NCBI GenBank assembly: GCA_964016885.1
Contig: OZ024760.1
Coordinates: 27,776,001 to 27,840,000, forward strand
DNA length: 64,000 nucleotides
DNA from: Eledone cirrhosa
Taxonomy: Eukaryota
Direction: 5' to 3'
Part shown: piece after piece, positions 25,005-38,530 of the stretch
How positions within the stretch are numbered: the first letter of the stretch is position 1
Layout of the letters: every line of letters starts with the position of its first letter
Notes under the pieces: model-generated
Told to the model about the DNA's origin: nothing
What the model saw: the letters and a program-made list of their open reading frames with translations, nothing else
Database searches by the model: none
Position numbers and translations under genes: made by a program

Positions 25005-25700
25005 ATTTGGATGTTTTAACAGACCCTTCTAAGGACTCCCATTTGACTGTTTTAACAGACCCTTCCAAGGAATCCCATTTTGGCTGTTTTAACAGACCCT
25101 TCTAAGAACTCCCATTTGACTGTTTTAGCAGACCCTTCCAAGGACTCCCATTTGGCTGTTTTAACAGACCCTTCCAAGGACTCCCATTTGACTGTTTTAA
25201 CAGACCCTTCCAAGGAATCCCATTTTGGCTGTTTTAACAGACCCTTCCAAGAACTCCCATTTGACTGTTTTAGCAGACCCTTCCAAGGACTCCCATTTGA
25301 CTGTTTTAACAGACCCTTCCAAGAACTCCCATTTGACTGTTTTAGCAGACCCTTCCAAGGACTCCCATTTGGCTGTTTTAACAGACCCTTCCAAGGACTC
25401 CCATTTGACTGTTTTAACAGACCCTTCCAAGGACTCCCATTTTGGCTGTTTTAACAGACCCTTCCAAGAACTCCCATTTGACTGTTTTAGCAGACCCTTC
25501 CAAGGACTCCCATTTGACTGTTTTAACAGACCCTTCCAAGAACTCTCATTTGACTGTTTTAGCAGACCCTTCCAAGGACTCCCATTTGACTGTTTTAGCA
25601 GACCCTTCCAAGAACTCCCATTTGACTGTTTTAGCAAACCCTTCCAAGGACTCCCATTTGACTGTTTTAGCAGACCCTTCCAAGGACTCCCATTTGGCTG
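25005..25700. repeat. 36-bp minisatellite CTGTTTTAACAGACCCTTCCAAGGACTCCCATTTGA
   Basis: About 19 units. Confidence 0.95.
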
Positions 25701-25956
25701 TTTGTATTTGATATTATAAAATGTTACCACCAGGGCGGTGGATTGGTAGTATCGGTAGAGGGTCCGACACCATGCTTTGCAAGTAAAGAGTTATGGCCCT
25801 TTATGGTCTGAGTTCAAATCCTGCCGAGGTTAACTTAACCTTTCATCCTTACAGGGTCGATAAAATAAAGTACCAGAAATACACTGGGATGATTGCTGGC
25901 CTTGTGCCAAAAGTAGAAACAATTATAATACGTTACAATTTATTTATGAATTTCAG

Positions 25957-26071
25957 GTGAATTATTTCTATAACTTCTTTGATTTCTCTGATGTTGTGAG
26001 CCCCTCAGACTTTGATACATCTGCCTGTTATAATGACACCAAAGATATCCTGGTCAAGATCTCATTTAAAG
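25957..26071 (+). CDS. Host gene exon 9
   Basis: atttcAG / GTGAGT; phase 0 to 1; VNYFYNFFDFSDVVSPSDFDTSACYNDTKDILVKISFK(G). Confidence 0.88.
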
Positions 26072-26563
26072 GTGAGTGCCTATGTTTTGTTTCTAAGATT
26101 TAAATTTTTTAAATTCTTTTACAGGTAAGGTGAAGTATTTGTTTATTGTTTTTCCATTTCTTGTATGTTTTTTTTTCTTCTCTTTTGTTTCTTACTTTTG
26201 TCTGTTCTTTCTTTTTCTTTGTTGCTGTTTCTTTTGTCCTAATATTTCGGGACTTAAAATCCTCTTCTTCAGAGTTTAAGGAACTCTCAGAGAAAAAGGT
26301 TCCAGTTTCCTCTCTTTGGAATTAAATTTAAGTCTAAATTTAATTAAGTATCGATAGCGGGTCGGACGCCATGCTTTGCAGCATAGAGTTACGCCCCTTT
26401 TCGGTCTGAGTTCAAATCCCGCCGAGGTTAACTTTGCCTTTCATCCTTACGGGGTCGATAAAATAAAGTACCAGTAATGCACTGGGATAATTGCTGGCCC
26501 CTTGTGCCAAAAGTAGAAACAATTATTATTATTATTATTATCATTATTATTCATTCGTTTCAG

Positions 26564-26728
26564 GCCAGTACATTCCATCATTAACCAACGCATTCATCAA
26601 GACTGTTGAAAGCCAGATTGCTGACTACAGTCATGTCCACCCACACAGGGTCCAATCAATTCATCTGGAATATGACGATACTTTTGTTTTTGTATATGCC
26701 AGTATTATTGATCCAGCTCCTCCAGAGA
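26564..26728 (+). CDS. Host gene exon 10 (SEA-like alpha/beta segment, inferred)
   Basis: cgtttcAG / GTAAGT; phase 1 to 1; (G)QYIPSLTNAFIKTVESQIADYSHVHPHRVQSIHLEYDDTFVFVYASIIDPAPPE. Confidence 0.85.
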
Positions 26729-26874
26729 GTAAGTAACATGAAGATCTTTGGCCTAACATCTATGAAGGGCCAGCTCTTCTATGTACCCTTTTCTTCCTAA
26801 ACCACCCTGGTTTTACTATACACAATATTTTGTTTTAAACTGTTTATATTTATCTAAAGACCTTTCAACATAAT

Positions 26875-27038
26875 TATATGTAAGAACCTTTGTTAAGTTA
26901 TGTTCCAAACACCAGCTATATGTAAGAACCTTTGTTATGTTATGTTCCAAACACCAGCTACATGTAAGAACATTTGTTATGTTATATTCCAAACACCAAC
27001 TATATGTAAGAACCTTTGTTAAGTTATGTTCCAAACAC
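26875..27038. repeat. 42-bp tandem repeat, about 4 copies
   Basis: tatatgtaagaacctttgttaagttatgttccaaacaccagc. Confidence 0.9.
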
Positions 27039-27311
27039 TATCCTGGTTCTCTGATACAAAAGTGTTCATTTTAAAGTATGTATATCTAAAAACCTTCCAT
27101 TATAATTTTATGAGGGTGGTGGATTGGCAGTATCGGTAGAGGGTCGGACGCCATGCTTTGACGCATAGAGTTACGGCCCTTGCCATTCTGAGTTCAAATC
27201 CCGCCGAGGTTAACTTTGCCTTTCATCCTTACGGGGTCGATAAAATAAAGTACCAGTAATACACTGGGTAATTGCTGGCCTTGTGCCAAAAGTAGAAACA
27301 ATTATAATTTT

Positions 27312-27770
27312 ATGTGTTATCACTGTCCTATGACTGTGCTATGACTGTGTTATGACTGTCCTATGATTGTGTTATCACTGTTATGACTGTTATCACTGTT
27401 ATGACTGTGTTATCACTGTCCTATGACTGCCCTATGACTGTCCTATGACTGTTATCACTGTTACAACTGTGTTATTACTGTCCTATGACTGTTATCACTG
27501 TCCTATGACTGTTATCACTATCCTATGACTGTGTTATCACTGTCTTATGACTGCCCTATGACTGTGTTATCACTGTGTTATGACTGTGTTATGACTGTGC
27601 TATGACTGTGTTATGACCGTGTTATGACTGTCCTATGACTGTTATCACTGTTATGACTGTGTTATCACTGTTATGACTGTTATCACTATCCTATGACTGT
27701 GTTATCACTGTCTTATGACTGCCCTATGACTGTGTTATGACTGTGCTATGACTCTGCTAGGACTGCACCA
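27312..27770. repeat. 9/11-bp minisatellite (TGACTGTGTTA / TCACTGTCCTA)
   Basis: Direct inspection. Confidence 0.9.
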
Positions 27771-27847
27771 TGACAGCAGTACTGAGCACCGCTCTAATAT
27801 CCTTGGCTACCTGTAAAACATCCATATTTTACCTGACTACATTGCAG

Positions 27848-28075
27848 CTCTGTTTACACTTCACAAGAACAAAATGGTAAAGAAACACAACTCCGACGCT
27901 CCACAGTTTAAACACACCACTAAGAACTTATGTGCCACAGAATGTGTTGAGTACGATGGATGTAATGCCTTTGAATTCACCTCTGAAAATGTGTGTACTC
28001 TGATAACCAACACATTCACCAACAGAAACGTCGATAGCAAGTTGACAGATAGCCAAGGAACTAACTTCTATGCCA
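27848..28075 (+). CDS. Host gene exon 11, PAN/Apple-like domain
   Basis: attgcAG / GTAAGT; symmetric phase 1 to 1; CATECVEYDGCNAFEFTSENVCTL matches the PAN/Apple Cys pattern C-x3-C-x5-C-x2-F-x-F-x5-C-x-L. Confidence 0.88.
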
Positions 28076-28098
28076 GTAAGTCCTTTCTTTCTTTCTTC

Positions 28099-28225
<127 letters not shown>

Positions 28226-28425
28226 ACTTACTTACTTTACTTACTTATATACCTTCCTTCCTTCCTTCCTTCCTTCCTTCCTTCCTCTACTTTGTCATTT
28301 CTTTCTTTTTCTTTCTTTCTTTTTCTTTCTTCCTTTTCTTTCTTGTTTATTCACCTTTCTGTGTATTCTTCTTCTTCTTCTTCTTCCCCGGGATTCACCA
28401 CACACACACATATATATATAATGTA

Positions 28426-28481
<56 letters not shown>

Positions 28482-28515
28482 AGAACAGTTAAATGAAACA
28501 GAGTACTCTATATAT

Positions 28516-31500
28516 CAGGCATGTCAAACTGAGGGTCCTCTGAGGGCCACATGGGTCACATACGTGTTGTCTGAGGGCGACATGGGTCACATGTGTGTTG
28601 TCTGAGGGCCATATGGGTCACATGTGTGTTGTCTGAGGGCCATATGGGTCACGTGTGTTGTCTGAGGGCGACATGGGTCACATATGTGTTGTCTGAGGGC
28701 AACATGGGTCACATGTGTGTTGTCTGAGGGCCACATGGGTCACATGTGTGTTGTCTGAGGGCCATATGGGTCACATGTGTGTTGTCTGAGGGAAACATGG
28801 GTCACATATGTGTTGTCTGACGGCAACATGGGTCACATGTGTGTTGTCTGAGGGCCATATGGGTCACGTGTGTTGTCTGAGGGCGACATGGGTCACATAT
28901 GTGTTGTCTGAGGGCCATATGGGCCACATATGTGTTGTCTGAGGGCCACATGGGTCACATATGTGTTGTCTGAGAGCCATATGGGTCACATATGTGTTGT
29001 CTGAGGGCGACATGGGTCACATGTGTGTTGTCTGAGGGCCATATGGGTCACATGTGTGTTGTCTGAGGGCCACATGGGTCACATATGTGTTGTCTGAGGG
29101 CCACATGGGTCACATGTGTGTTGTCTGAGGGCAATATGGGTCACATGTGTGTTGTCTGAGGGCCACATGGGTCACAGGTGTGTTTGTAAAGGGCCACAGG
29201 TGTGTTTGTAAAGGGCCGCAGGTGTGTTTGTAAAGGGCCATAGCTGTGTTTGTAAAGGGCCACAGGTGTGTTTGTAAAGGGTCATAGGTGTGTTTGTAAA
29301 GGGCCACAGGTGTGTTTGTAAAGGGCCGCAGGTGTGTTTGTAAAGGGCCACAGGTCTGTTTGTAAAGGGCCATAGGTGTGTTTGTAAAGGGCCATAGGTG
29401 TGTTTGTAAAGGGCCACAGGTGTGTTTGTAAAGGGCCATAGGTGTGTTTGTAAAGGGCCGCAGGTGTGTTTGTAAAGGGCCGCAGGTGTGTTTGTAAAGG
29501 GCCACAGGTGTGTTTGTAAAGTGAGGCAGGTGTGTTTGTAAAGGGCTGCAGGTGTGTTTGTAAAGGGCCGCAGGTGTGTTTGTAAAGGGCCACAGGTGTG
29601 TTTGTAAAGTGAGGCAGGTGTGTTTGTAAAGGGCTGCAGGTGTGTTTGTAAAGGGCCGCAGGTGTGTTTGTAAAGGGCCACAGGTGTGTTTGTAAAGTGA
29701 GGCAGGTGTGTTTGTAAAGGGCTGCAGGTGTGTTTGTAAAGGGCCGCAGGTGTGTTTGTAAAGGGCCACAGGTCTGTTTGTAAAGTGAGGCAGGTGTGTT
29801 TGTAAAGGGCTGCAGGTGTGTTTGTAAAGGGCCATAGCTGTGTTTGTAAAGGGCCACAGGTGTGTTTGTAAAGGGCCATAGGTGTGTTTGTAAAGGGCCA
29901 CAGGTGTGTTTGTAAAGGGCCGCAGGTGTGTTTGTAAAGGGCCACAGGTCTGTTTGTAAAGGGCCATAGGTGTGTTTGTAAAGGGCCATAGGTGTGTTTG
30001 TAAAGGGCCACAGGTGTGTTTGTAAAGGGCCATAGGTGTGTTTGTAAAGGGCCGCAGGTGTGTTTGTAAAGGGCCGCAGGTGTGTTTGTAAAGGGCCACA
30101 GGTGTGTTTGTAAAGTGAGGCAGGTGTGTTTGTAAAGGGCTGCAGGTGTGTTTGTAAAGGGCCGCAGGTGTGTTTGTAAAGGGCCACAGGTGTGTTTGTA
30201 AAGTGAGGCAGGTGTGTTTGTAAAGGGCTGCAGGTGTGTTTGTAAAGGGCCGCAGGTGTGTTTGTAAAGGGCCACAGGTGTGTTTGTAAAGTGAGGCAGG
30301 TGTGTTTGTAAAGGGCTGCAGGTGTGTTTGTAAAGGGCTGCAGGTGTGTTTGTAAAGGGCCGCAGGTGTGTTTGTAAAGGGCCACAGGTCTGTTTGTAAA
30401 GTGAGGCAGGTGTGTTTGTAAAGGGCTGCAGGTGTGTTTGTAAAGGGCCGCAGGTGTGTTTGTAAAGGGCCACAGGTGTGTTTGTAAAGTGAGGCAGGTG
30501 TGTTTGTAAAGGGCTACAGGTGTGTTTGTAAAGGGCCACAGGTGTGTTTGTAAAGTGAGGCAGGTGTGTTTGTAAAGGGCTGCAGGTGTGTTTGTAAAGG
30601 GCCGCAGGTGTGTTTGTAAAGGGCCACAGGTGTGTTTGTAAAGTGAGGCAGGTGTGTTTGTAAAGGGCTGCAGGTGTGTTTGTAAAGGGCTGCAGGTGTG
30701 TTTGTAAAGGGCTGCAGGTGTGTTTGTAAAGGGCCACAGGTGTGTTTGTAAAGTGAGGCAGGTGTGTTTGTAAAGGGCTGCAGGTGTGTTTGTAAAGGGC
30801 CGCAGGTGTGTTTGTAAAGGGCCACAGGTGTGTTTGTAAAGTGAGGCAGGTGTGTTTGTAAAGGGCTGCAGGTGTGTTTGTAAAGGGCCACAGGTGTGTT
30901 TGTAAAGTGAGGCAGTTGTGTTTGTAAAGGGCTGCAGGTGTGTTTGTAAAGGGCCGCAGGTGTGTTTGTAAAGGGCCACAGGTCTGTTTGTAACTGGCCA
31001 TAGGTGTGTTTGTAAAGGGCCATAGGTGTGTTTGTAAAGGGCCACAGGTGTGTTTGTAAAGGGCCACAGGTGTGTTTGTAAAGGGCCGCAGGTGTGTTTG
31101 TAAAGGGCCACAGGTCTGTTTGTAAAGGGCCATAGGTGTGTTTGTAAAGGGCCATAGGTGTGTTTGTAAAGGGCCACAGGTGTGTTTGTAAAGGGCCATA
31201 GGTGTGTTTGTAAAGGGCCGCAGGTGTGTTTGTAAAGGGCCGCAGGTGTGTTTGTAAAGGGCCACAGGTGTGTTTGTAAAGTGAGGCAGGTGTGTTTGTA
31301 AAGGGCTGCAGGTGTGTTTGTAAAGGGCCGCAGGTGTGTTTGTAAAGGGCCACAGGTGTGTTTGTAAAGTGAGGCAGGTGTGTTTGTAAAGGGCTGCAGG
31401 TGTGTTTGTAAAGGGCCGCAGGTGTGTTTGTAAAGGGCCACAGGTGTGTTTGTAAAGTGAGGCAGGTGTGTTTGTAAAGGGCTGCAGGTGTGTTTGTAAA

Positions 31501-32426
31501 GGGCCGCAGGTGTGTTTGTAAAGGGCCACAGGTCTGTTTGTAAAGTGAGGCAGGTGTGTTTGTAAAGGGCTGCAGGTGTGTTTGTAAAGGGCCGCAGGTG
31601 TGTTTGTAAAGGGCCACAGGTGTGTTTGTAAAGTGAGGCAGGTGTGTTTGTAAAGGGCTACAGGTGTGTTTGTAAAGGGCCGCAGGTGTGTTTGTAAAGG
31701 GCCACAGGTGTGTTTGTAAAGTGAGGCAGGTGTGTTTGTAAAGGGCTGCAGGTGTGTTTGTAAAGGGCCGCAGGTGTGTTTGTAAAGGGCCACAGGTGTG
31801 TTTGTAAAGTGAGGCAGGTGTGTTTGTAAAGGGCTGCAGGTGTGTTTGTAAAGGGCTGCAGGTGTGTTTGTAAAGGGCTGCAGGTGTGTTTGTAAAGGGC
31901 CACAGGTGTGTTTGTAAAGTGAGGCAGGTGTGTTTGTAAAGGGCTGCAGGTGTGTTTGTAAAGGGCCGCAGGTGTGTTTGTAAAGGGCCACAGGTGTGTT
32001 TGTAAAGTGAGGCAGGTGTGTTTGTAAAGGGCTGCAGGTGTGTTTGTAAAGGGCCACAGGTGTGTTTGTAAAGTGAGGCAGTTGTGTTTGTAAAGGGCTG
32101 CAGGTGTGTTTGTAAAGGGCCGCAGGTGTGTTTGTAAAGGGCCACAGGTCTGTTTGTAACTGGCCATAGGTGTGTTTGTAAAGGGCCATAGGTGTGTTTG
32201 TAAAGGGCCACAGGTGTGTTTGTAAAGGGCCACAGGTGTGTTTGTAAAGGGCCATAGGTGTGTTTGTAAAGGGCCGCAGGTGTGTTTGTAAAGGGCCATA
32301 GGTGTGTTTGTAAAGGGCCGCAGGTGTGTTTGTAAAAGGCCGCAGGTGTGTTTGTAAAGGGCCGCAGGTGTGTTTGTAAAGTGAGGCAGGTGTGTTTGTA
32401 AAGGGCCACATATTTGACAATGCCTA
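28516..32426. mobile_element. hAT-type MITE filled by 31-bp and 22-bp minisatellites
   Basis: TIRs CAGGCATGTCAAA / TTTGACAATGCCTA; 8-bp flanks CTATATAT and CTATAGAC (6 of 8 match). Confidence 0.75.
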
Positions 32427-32482
32427 CTATAGACCACATTATTTTCCCACGGACAGACTGAATTACCTCCCTTCTATTGCAG

Positions 32483-32592
32483 GAACTATGATGCGACATG
32501 TAAAATGGATCAGCAATGCCAACATCTGGAACACTTTATACCGAAATGTCTACAACAGGGTCCTTTCATTCACCCTAAAGGAACCCATAACT
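32483..32592 (+). CDS. Host gene exon 12
   Basis: attgcAG / GTGAGC; phase 1 to 0; (R)TMMRHVKWISNANIWNTLYRNVYNRVLSFTLKEPIT. Confidence 0.78.
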
Positions 32593-32719
32593 GTGAGCTT
32601 TACTATCATTCTCCGCTCTTGTTACTCAGGGTCGCCAGATTGTTTTGTTTTTTATTTTTTATTTTTTGTTAATTTTCTATTTTTTCTTTCTTTTTCTCTG
32701 AAAGTTCTTCTGGTTACGT

Positions 32720-33050
32720 TACCACCATTACCACCACCACCACCACCACCACTACTACTACCATCACTACTACCTCCACTACTACTACTACTACTGCTGC
32801 TACTACTACTACAACCACCACTACTACTACTACTGCTTCTACTGCTACTACTACCACCATTACCACCACCACCACCACCACCACCACCACCACTACTACT
32901 ACCACCACTACTACCTCCACTACTACTACTACTACTACTGCTGCTACTACTACTACAACCACCACTACTGCTACTACTGCTACTACTACCACCATTACTA
33001 CCACCACCACCACCACCACCACCACCACCACCACTACTACTACTACCACC

Positions 33051-33090
<40 letters not shown>

Positions 33091-33119
33091 TTACTACTAC
33101 CACTACTACTACTACCACG

Positions 33120-33178
<59 letters not shown>

Positions 33179-33441
33179 CACTACTACCACCACTACTACT
33201 ACTGCTACTATTACTACTACTATCACCAATACTACCACCACTACTACTGCTGCTGCTGCTGCTACTACTACTACTACCACTACTACTACTGCTACTGCCA
33301 CTACTTCTACTACCAGTACTACTACTACTAGTACTACTACTACTACTACTACCACCACCACCACCACCACCACCACTACTACTACTACTACTAGTATCAC
33401 CACTACTACCACCACTACTACGACCACCACTATTACTGCTG

Positions 33442-33476
<35 letters not shown>

Positions 33477-33575
33477 GCTACTACCACCACCACCACCACC
33501 ACCACTACTACTATTACTATCACCGCTACTACCACCACTACTACCACCACCACCACCACCACCACCACCACCACC

Positions 33576-33620
<45 letters not shown>
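32720..33620. repeat. (CTA/CCA)n trinucleotide tract
   Basis: Direct inspection; similar tracts at 17300-17555, 36330-36570, 60015-60270. Confidence 0.95.
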
Positions 33621-33621
<1 letters not shown>

Positions 33622-33671
33622 AAGTTTCAACATTTCAGTGACAATTATTTTATCCCAACTTTTCTCTGCAG

Positions 33672-33717
33672 AATGAGACCTATGATTATTATTCCTACCA
33701 CATAGAACTCCTATCAG
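33672..33717 (+). CDS. Host gene exon 13 (46 nt)
   Basis: tttctctgcAG / CAG|GTGAGT, both strong sites; phase 0 to 1; NETYDYYSYHIELLS(G). Confidence 0.78.
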
Positions 33718-34000
33718 GTGAGTAGAGCTCCTTCATTCAGCAACTTTTACACTAATCTTTCTTTACACAACTATTGTGTGTCTGTCTCTAATGTAAGACT
33801 GCCAAAACGGTGCATAAATGGGAAAATACTTTGAAAGGAAGTTGGCCCTGAAATGGGAATACAAGTGCAATAACACAAGTTTCATGTAAATCAGAGCATG
33901 GGGTCCCGAGATATGGGGTTTTTACGGGTACCTTCATAAATAGAGAGAAAAATAGATAGAAAGAGATAGTGGTTGTGAGAGAGTAGATTGAAAGAGAGAC

Positions 34001-34035
<35 letters not shown>

Positions 34036-34096
34036 GTCTCTCTTTCAATCTACTCTCTCACAACCACTATCTCTTTCTATCTATTTTTCTATCTCT

Positions 34097-34233
<137 letters not shown>

Positions 34234-34291
34234 AGAGATAGAAAAATAGATAGAAAGAGATAGTGGTTGTGAGAGAGTAGATTGAAAGAGA

Positions 34292-34396
<105 letters not shown>

Positions 34397-34454
34397 AGAG
34401 ATAGAAAAATAGATAGAAAGAGATAGTGGTTGTGAGAGAGTAGATTGAAAGAGA

Positions 34455-34514
<60 letters not shown>

Positions 34515-34575
34515 AGGAGAGATAGAAAAATAGATAGAAAGAGATAGTGGTTGTGAGAGAGTAGATTGAAAGAGA

Positions 34576-34623
<48 letters not shown>

Positions 34624-34684
34624 AGGAGAGATAAAAAAATAGATAGAAAGAGATAGTAGTTGTGAGAGAGTAGATTGAAAGAGA

Positions 34685-34777
<93 letters not shown>

Positions 34778-34934
34778 AAAATGGAAGAGAGAGAGAGAGC
34801 TGGTGGTGTTGTTGAATGAAATTATAACGGGTGACTTCAAAGAATCAAATACAGGATTAGTCACATATTTCCTGGCACTTCTTCACCCATTGATCATCAT
34901 CCATGCATATCACATGACTTCGGATCCCTCTTAA

Positions 34935-36066
34935 CCTTTTAGAATTTAAGCCGGCCGTATCCAGCTAGAGTTCTCTCATCTCTTTTTGTTCAAACTGGTT
35001 GTAAGTTTCTACTCATACTTATTTTAAGGTATTGTTCTCAAAATAAATAATATCAAAATCTCATAGATTTGATATTATGTGAGATATTATTTGAGATAAA
35101 GTCTTTACTGTGAAAATACAATAGTATATATAGAGTAATGTAAATATTATGTGAGATATTACTTGAGATAAAGCCTTTACTGTGAAAATACAATAGTAAA
35201 TATAGAGTAATGTAAATATTATGTGAGGTATTATGTGAGGTAAAGCCTTTACTGTGAAAATACAATAGTATATATAGAGTAATGTAAATGTTATGTGATA
35301 TATTATGTGAGGTAAAGCCTTTACTGTGAAAATACAATAGTATATATAGAGTAATGTAAATATTATGTGAGATATTATTTGAGATAAAGCCTTTACTGTG
35401 AAAATACAATAGTATATATAGAGTAATGTAAATATTATGTGAGATATTATGTGAGGTAAAGCCTTTACTGTGAAAATACAATAGTATATATAGAGTAATG
35501 TAAATATTATGTGAGGTATTATGTGAGGTAAAGCCTTTACTGTGAAAATACAATAGTATATATAGAGTAATGTAAATGTTATGTGATATATTATGTGAGG
35601 TAAAGCCTTTACTGTGAAAATACAATAGTATATATAGAGTAATGTAAATGTTATGTGAGGCAAAGCCTTTACTGTGAAAATACAATAGTAAATATAGAGT
35701 AATGTAAATATTATGTGAGGTATTATGTGTGGTAAAGCCTTTACTGTGAAAATACAATAGTATATATAGAGTAATGTAAATGTTATGTGAGGTAAAGCCT
35801 TTATTGTGAAAATACAATAGTATATATAGAGTAATGTAAATGTTAAGTGAGATATTATGTGAGGTAAAGCCTTTACTGTGAAAATACAATAGTATATATA
35901 GAGTAATGTAAATGTTATGTGAGATATTATGTGAGGTAAAGCCTTTACTGTGAAAATACAATAGTATATATAGAGTAATGTAAATGTTTTGTGAGATATT
36001 ATGTGAGGTAAAGCCTTTACTGTGAAAATACAATAGTATATATAGAATAATGTAAATGCTAAAGCG
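34935..36066. mobile_element. piggyBac-type MITE filled by a 72/60-bp minisatellite
   Basis: TTAA|CCTTTTAGAATTTA ... TAAATGCTAAAGCG|TTAA. Confidence 0.78.
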
Positions 36067-36172
36067 TTAAACCCAGTTTATTCCTCAGTTCACCTAAGCT
36101 CTGTCCGTCTTTCACATTTACGTTGCACAAATATGTTTCCTTCTTTTTTATTCTTTTTATATCTGATATCAG

Positions 36173-36270
36173 GGGAAGTGAGCAAAATTTCCATTCCTTT
36201 GTTTGGGAACCAGGTGTCTTACCATGAAGAGATAACTTTACCAACTTATCAAGAAACTGCATATCATGAG
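36173..36270 (+). CDS. Host gene exon 14 (probable GC donor)
   Basis: Polypyrimidine tract then atcAG; (G)EVSKISIPLFGNQVSYHEEITLPTYQETAYHE aligns with exon 4; GAG|GCAAGA gives the phase 0 needed for exon 15. Confidence 0.7.
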
Positions 36271-36382
36271 GCAAGAATTTTGCTTTCTACACTGTTCTGT
36301 TTTTGGTATGGTCACATGATTATGTGGTACCCATCATCATCATCATCGTATCATCATTATCTTCATCATCATTACCACCATC

Positions 36383-36414
<32 letters not shown>

Positions 36415-38530
36415 CATCATCATTATTACCATTATCAGCCCCGCCATCAATGTCACTGTCATCATCACCATCACCAACATCACCACTATCCCCACCATCA
36501 TCAACACCGCCACTATCATCATCACCATCATCATCACCATCATCATCACCACCACGACCACTACCACCAATATCAGTCGTAATGTCCACTTTCCTTTCAA
36601 TAAAAGATGTTAAAAGGTATTGAAATAGTTAGAAGGTATTTAAAAATTTACAGCACTTCAGTATAGACAATGAGTTAAATTTTTTTTCTTTGGAGTTTGT
36701 TGGCACCTTCCTAATCTGGAACAACCTATATACAATGGAGCATGTGAGAAATAGCCCTCTTATTGATGGAGACCGACAACCTACACAGTTTGGCCTTGGG
36801 ACTTATTGATAGTCATTGCATAACTGATTCTCATTGGGAATTACAATCGTTTGAAATGAAAGGGGACATCTGTTGGTCTTAACAACAATCAAGATATAAT
36901 GTGATCTCTCCCTTACCACATCCAATGAGGATTTTGGCTGTGATAATATGATGCTGTTCAGTCACAACCATATGCCCCATCCTCCCCATTGCACAATCTT
37001 GGCTGATCCAGGTTTCTGAGAAGACTGTGTCCTTCAATTCAGGATTGTGTGGTAGCATACAGGATGGTTCTAAACTTGAGAAATTCAGTGAAATAATGGA
37101 TAGCATCAGTAGACACCTCTTAACCAAATATACATCCCAACCCACTACCCCTACTCCATCCTCCCACCCCCACCAACACCACCCCTTTCTCTGTAAAGTT
37201 ATGTTGGTAGCACAACATCCAGTCCAAACTAATGAGATCGTGTAGGTGTCACAACAAGAAACACACAGTCACGCCGTAATGTGGTTGTGTAGGTAACACA
37301 GTAAAAAGGCTCCCAGTCCACACTGTAAATGTGGTTGGTGTTAGGAAGAGCATCCAGCCGTAGAAAACCTGCCAGATAGTCCTATATGAGCGAGACACGG
37401 TCACTCGACTAATCTTGCCTCAAGTGGGACAACTCCCGTCTAACCCATGCTAGCATGGAAGATAGACATTAAACGATGATGATGATGATAATGATTGTCT
37501 AACTCGACAACTTTGTTGATAGATTTATAGGTCTGGCTATCTCCAGGGCTGGTAAAATCCAAGGGATCCCTCCTCACCCACATTCTGTTTTTGTAAAAGA
37601 AGGCAATTTCAAGCATGTCACAGGTCAGATTAGTTGAAAATATATCCAAAAACCTAGGTGATCCCCAGCAGATGCTTTTCTATAAATTTAACCCTTTAGC
37701 ATTTAAACCAGCCATCATTCATTTTACGTCCGCTTTTCCCTGCTTGCAAGGGTGGGACTAATATTTGACCATAATTCTCTCACCTCTTTCTGTTCAAACC
37801 AGCTGTAACTGGCCACTCATACTGATGTTAAGGTGTTGTTCTCAAATTAAATAATTGTTTCTACTCAAATTAAATAATATCAAAATTTCATAGATTCGAT
37901 ATTATGTGAGGTAAAGCCTTTACTGTGAAAATAGAATAGTATATATAGAGTAATGTAAATATTATGTGAGACATTATGTGAGGTAAAGCCTTTACTGTGA
38001 AAATACAATAGTATATATAGAGTAATGTAAATATTATGTGAGACATTATGTGAGGTAAAGCCTTTACTGTGAAAATACAATAGTATATATAGAGTAATGT
38101 AAATGTTATGTGAAATATTATGTAAGGTAAAGCCTTTACTGTGAAAATACAATAGTATATATAGAGTAATGTAAATATTATGTGAGATATTATGTGAGGT
38201 AAAGTCATTACTGTGAAAATACAATAGTATATATAGAGTGATTTCTTTATTTGCCACTAGGGCACAAAAGGTAGGGACAGATACAAGGGGGGAAGTTTAC
38301 ATATAATTAACGAGTACAAAAATATAACAATGAAATAACAACAACAAACGAAGTCCTCAATAGGGAGGGGGCATTAACATGGGTTGCACACACCCCGGAA
38401 AAAATGTGCAACCCTTCTCCTCAGGAGCACAAAGAGTAGGTGCTTCCCTCGTCTCCTCTTTTTCCTCTTTCACCTACAGGCTGATATAGAAAGAAGACCC
38501 ATTCACTCTGGCCATTCTCCCTACTTTCAC

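Noticed and set aside
25005-25700. 36-bp repeat (also the 37-bp repeat at 46710-47045) as a CRISPR array
   Set aside because: Units are contiguous with no unique spacers, there are no cas genes, and the context is eukaryotic
29110-32499. Long overlapping ORFs (up to 1082 aa) in all three minus frames
   Set aside because: The 22-bp unit lacks stops on that strand; the same peptide appears in every frame
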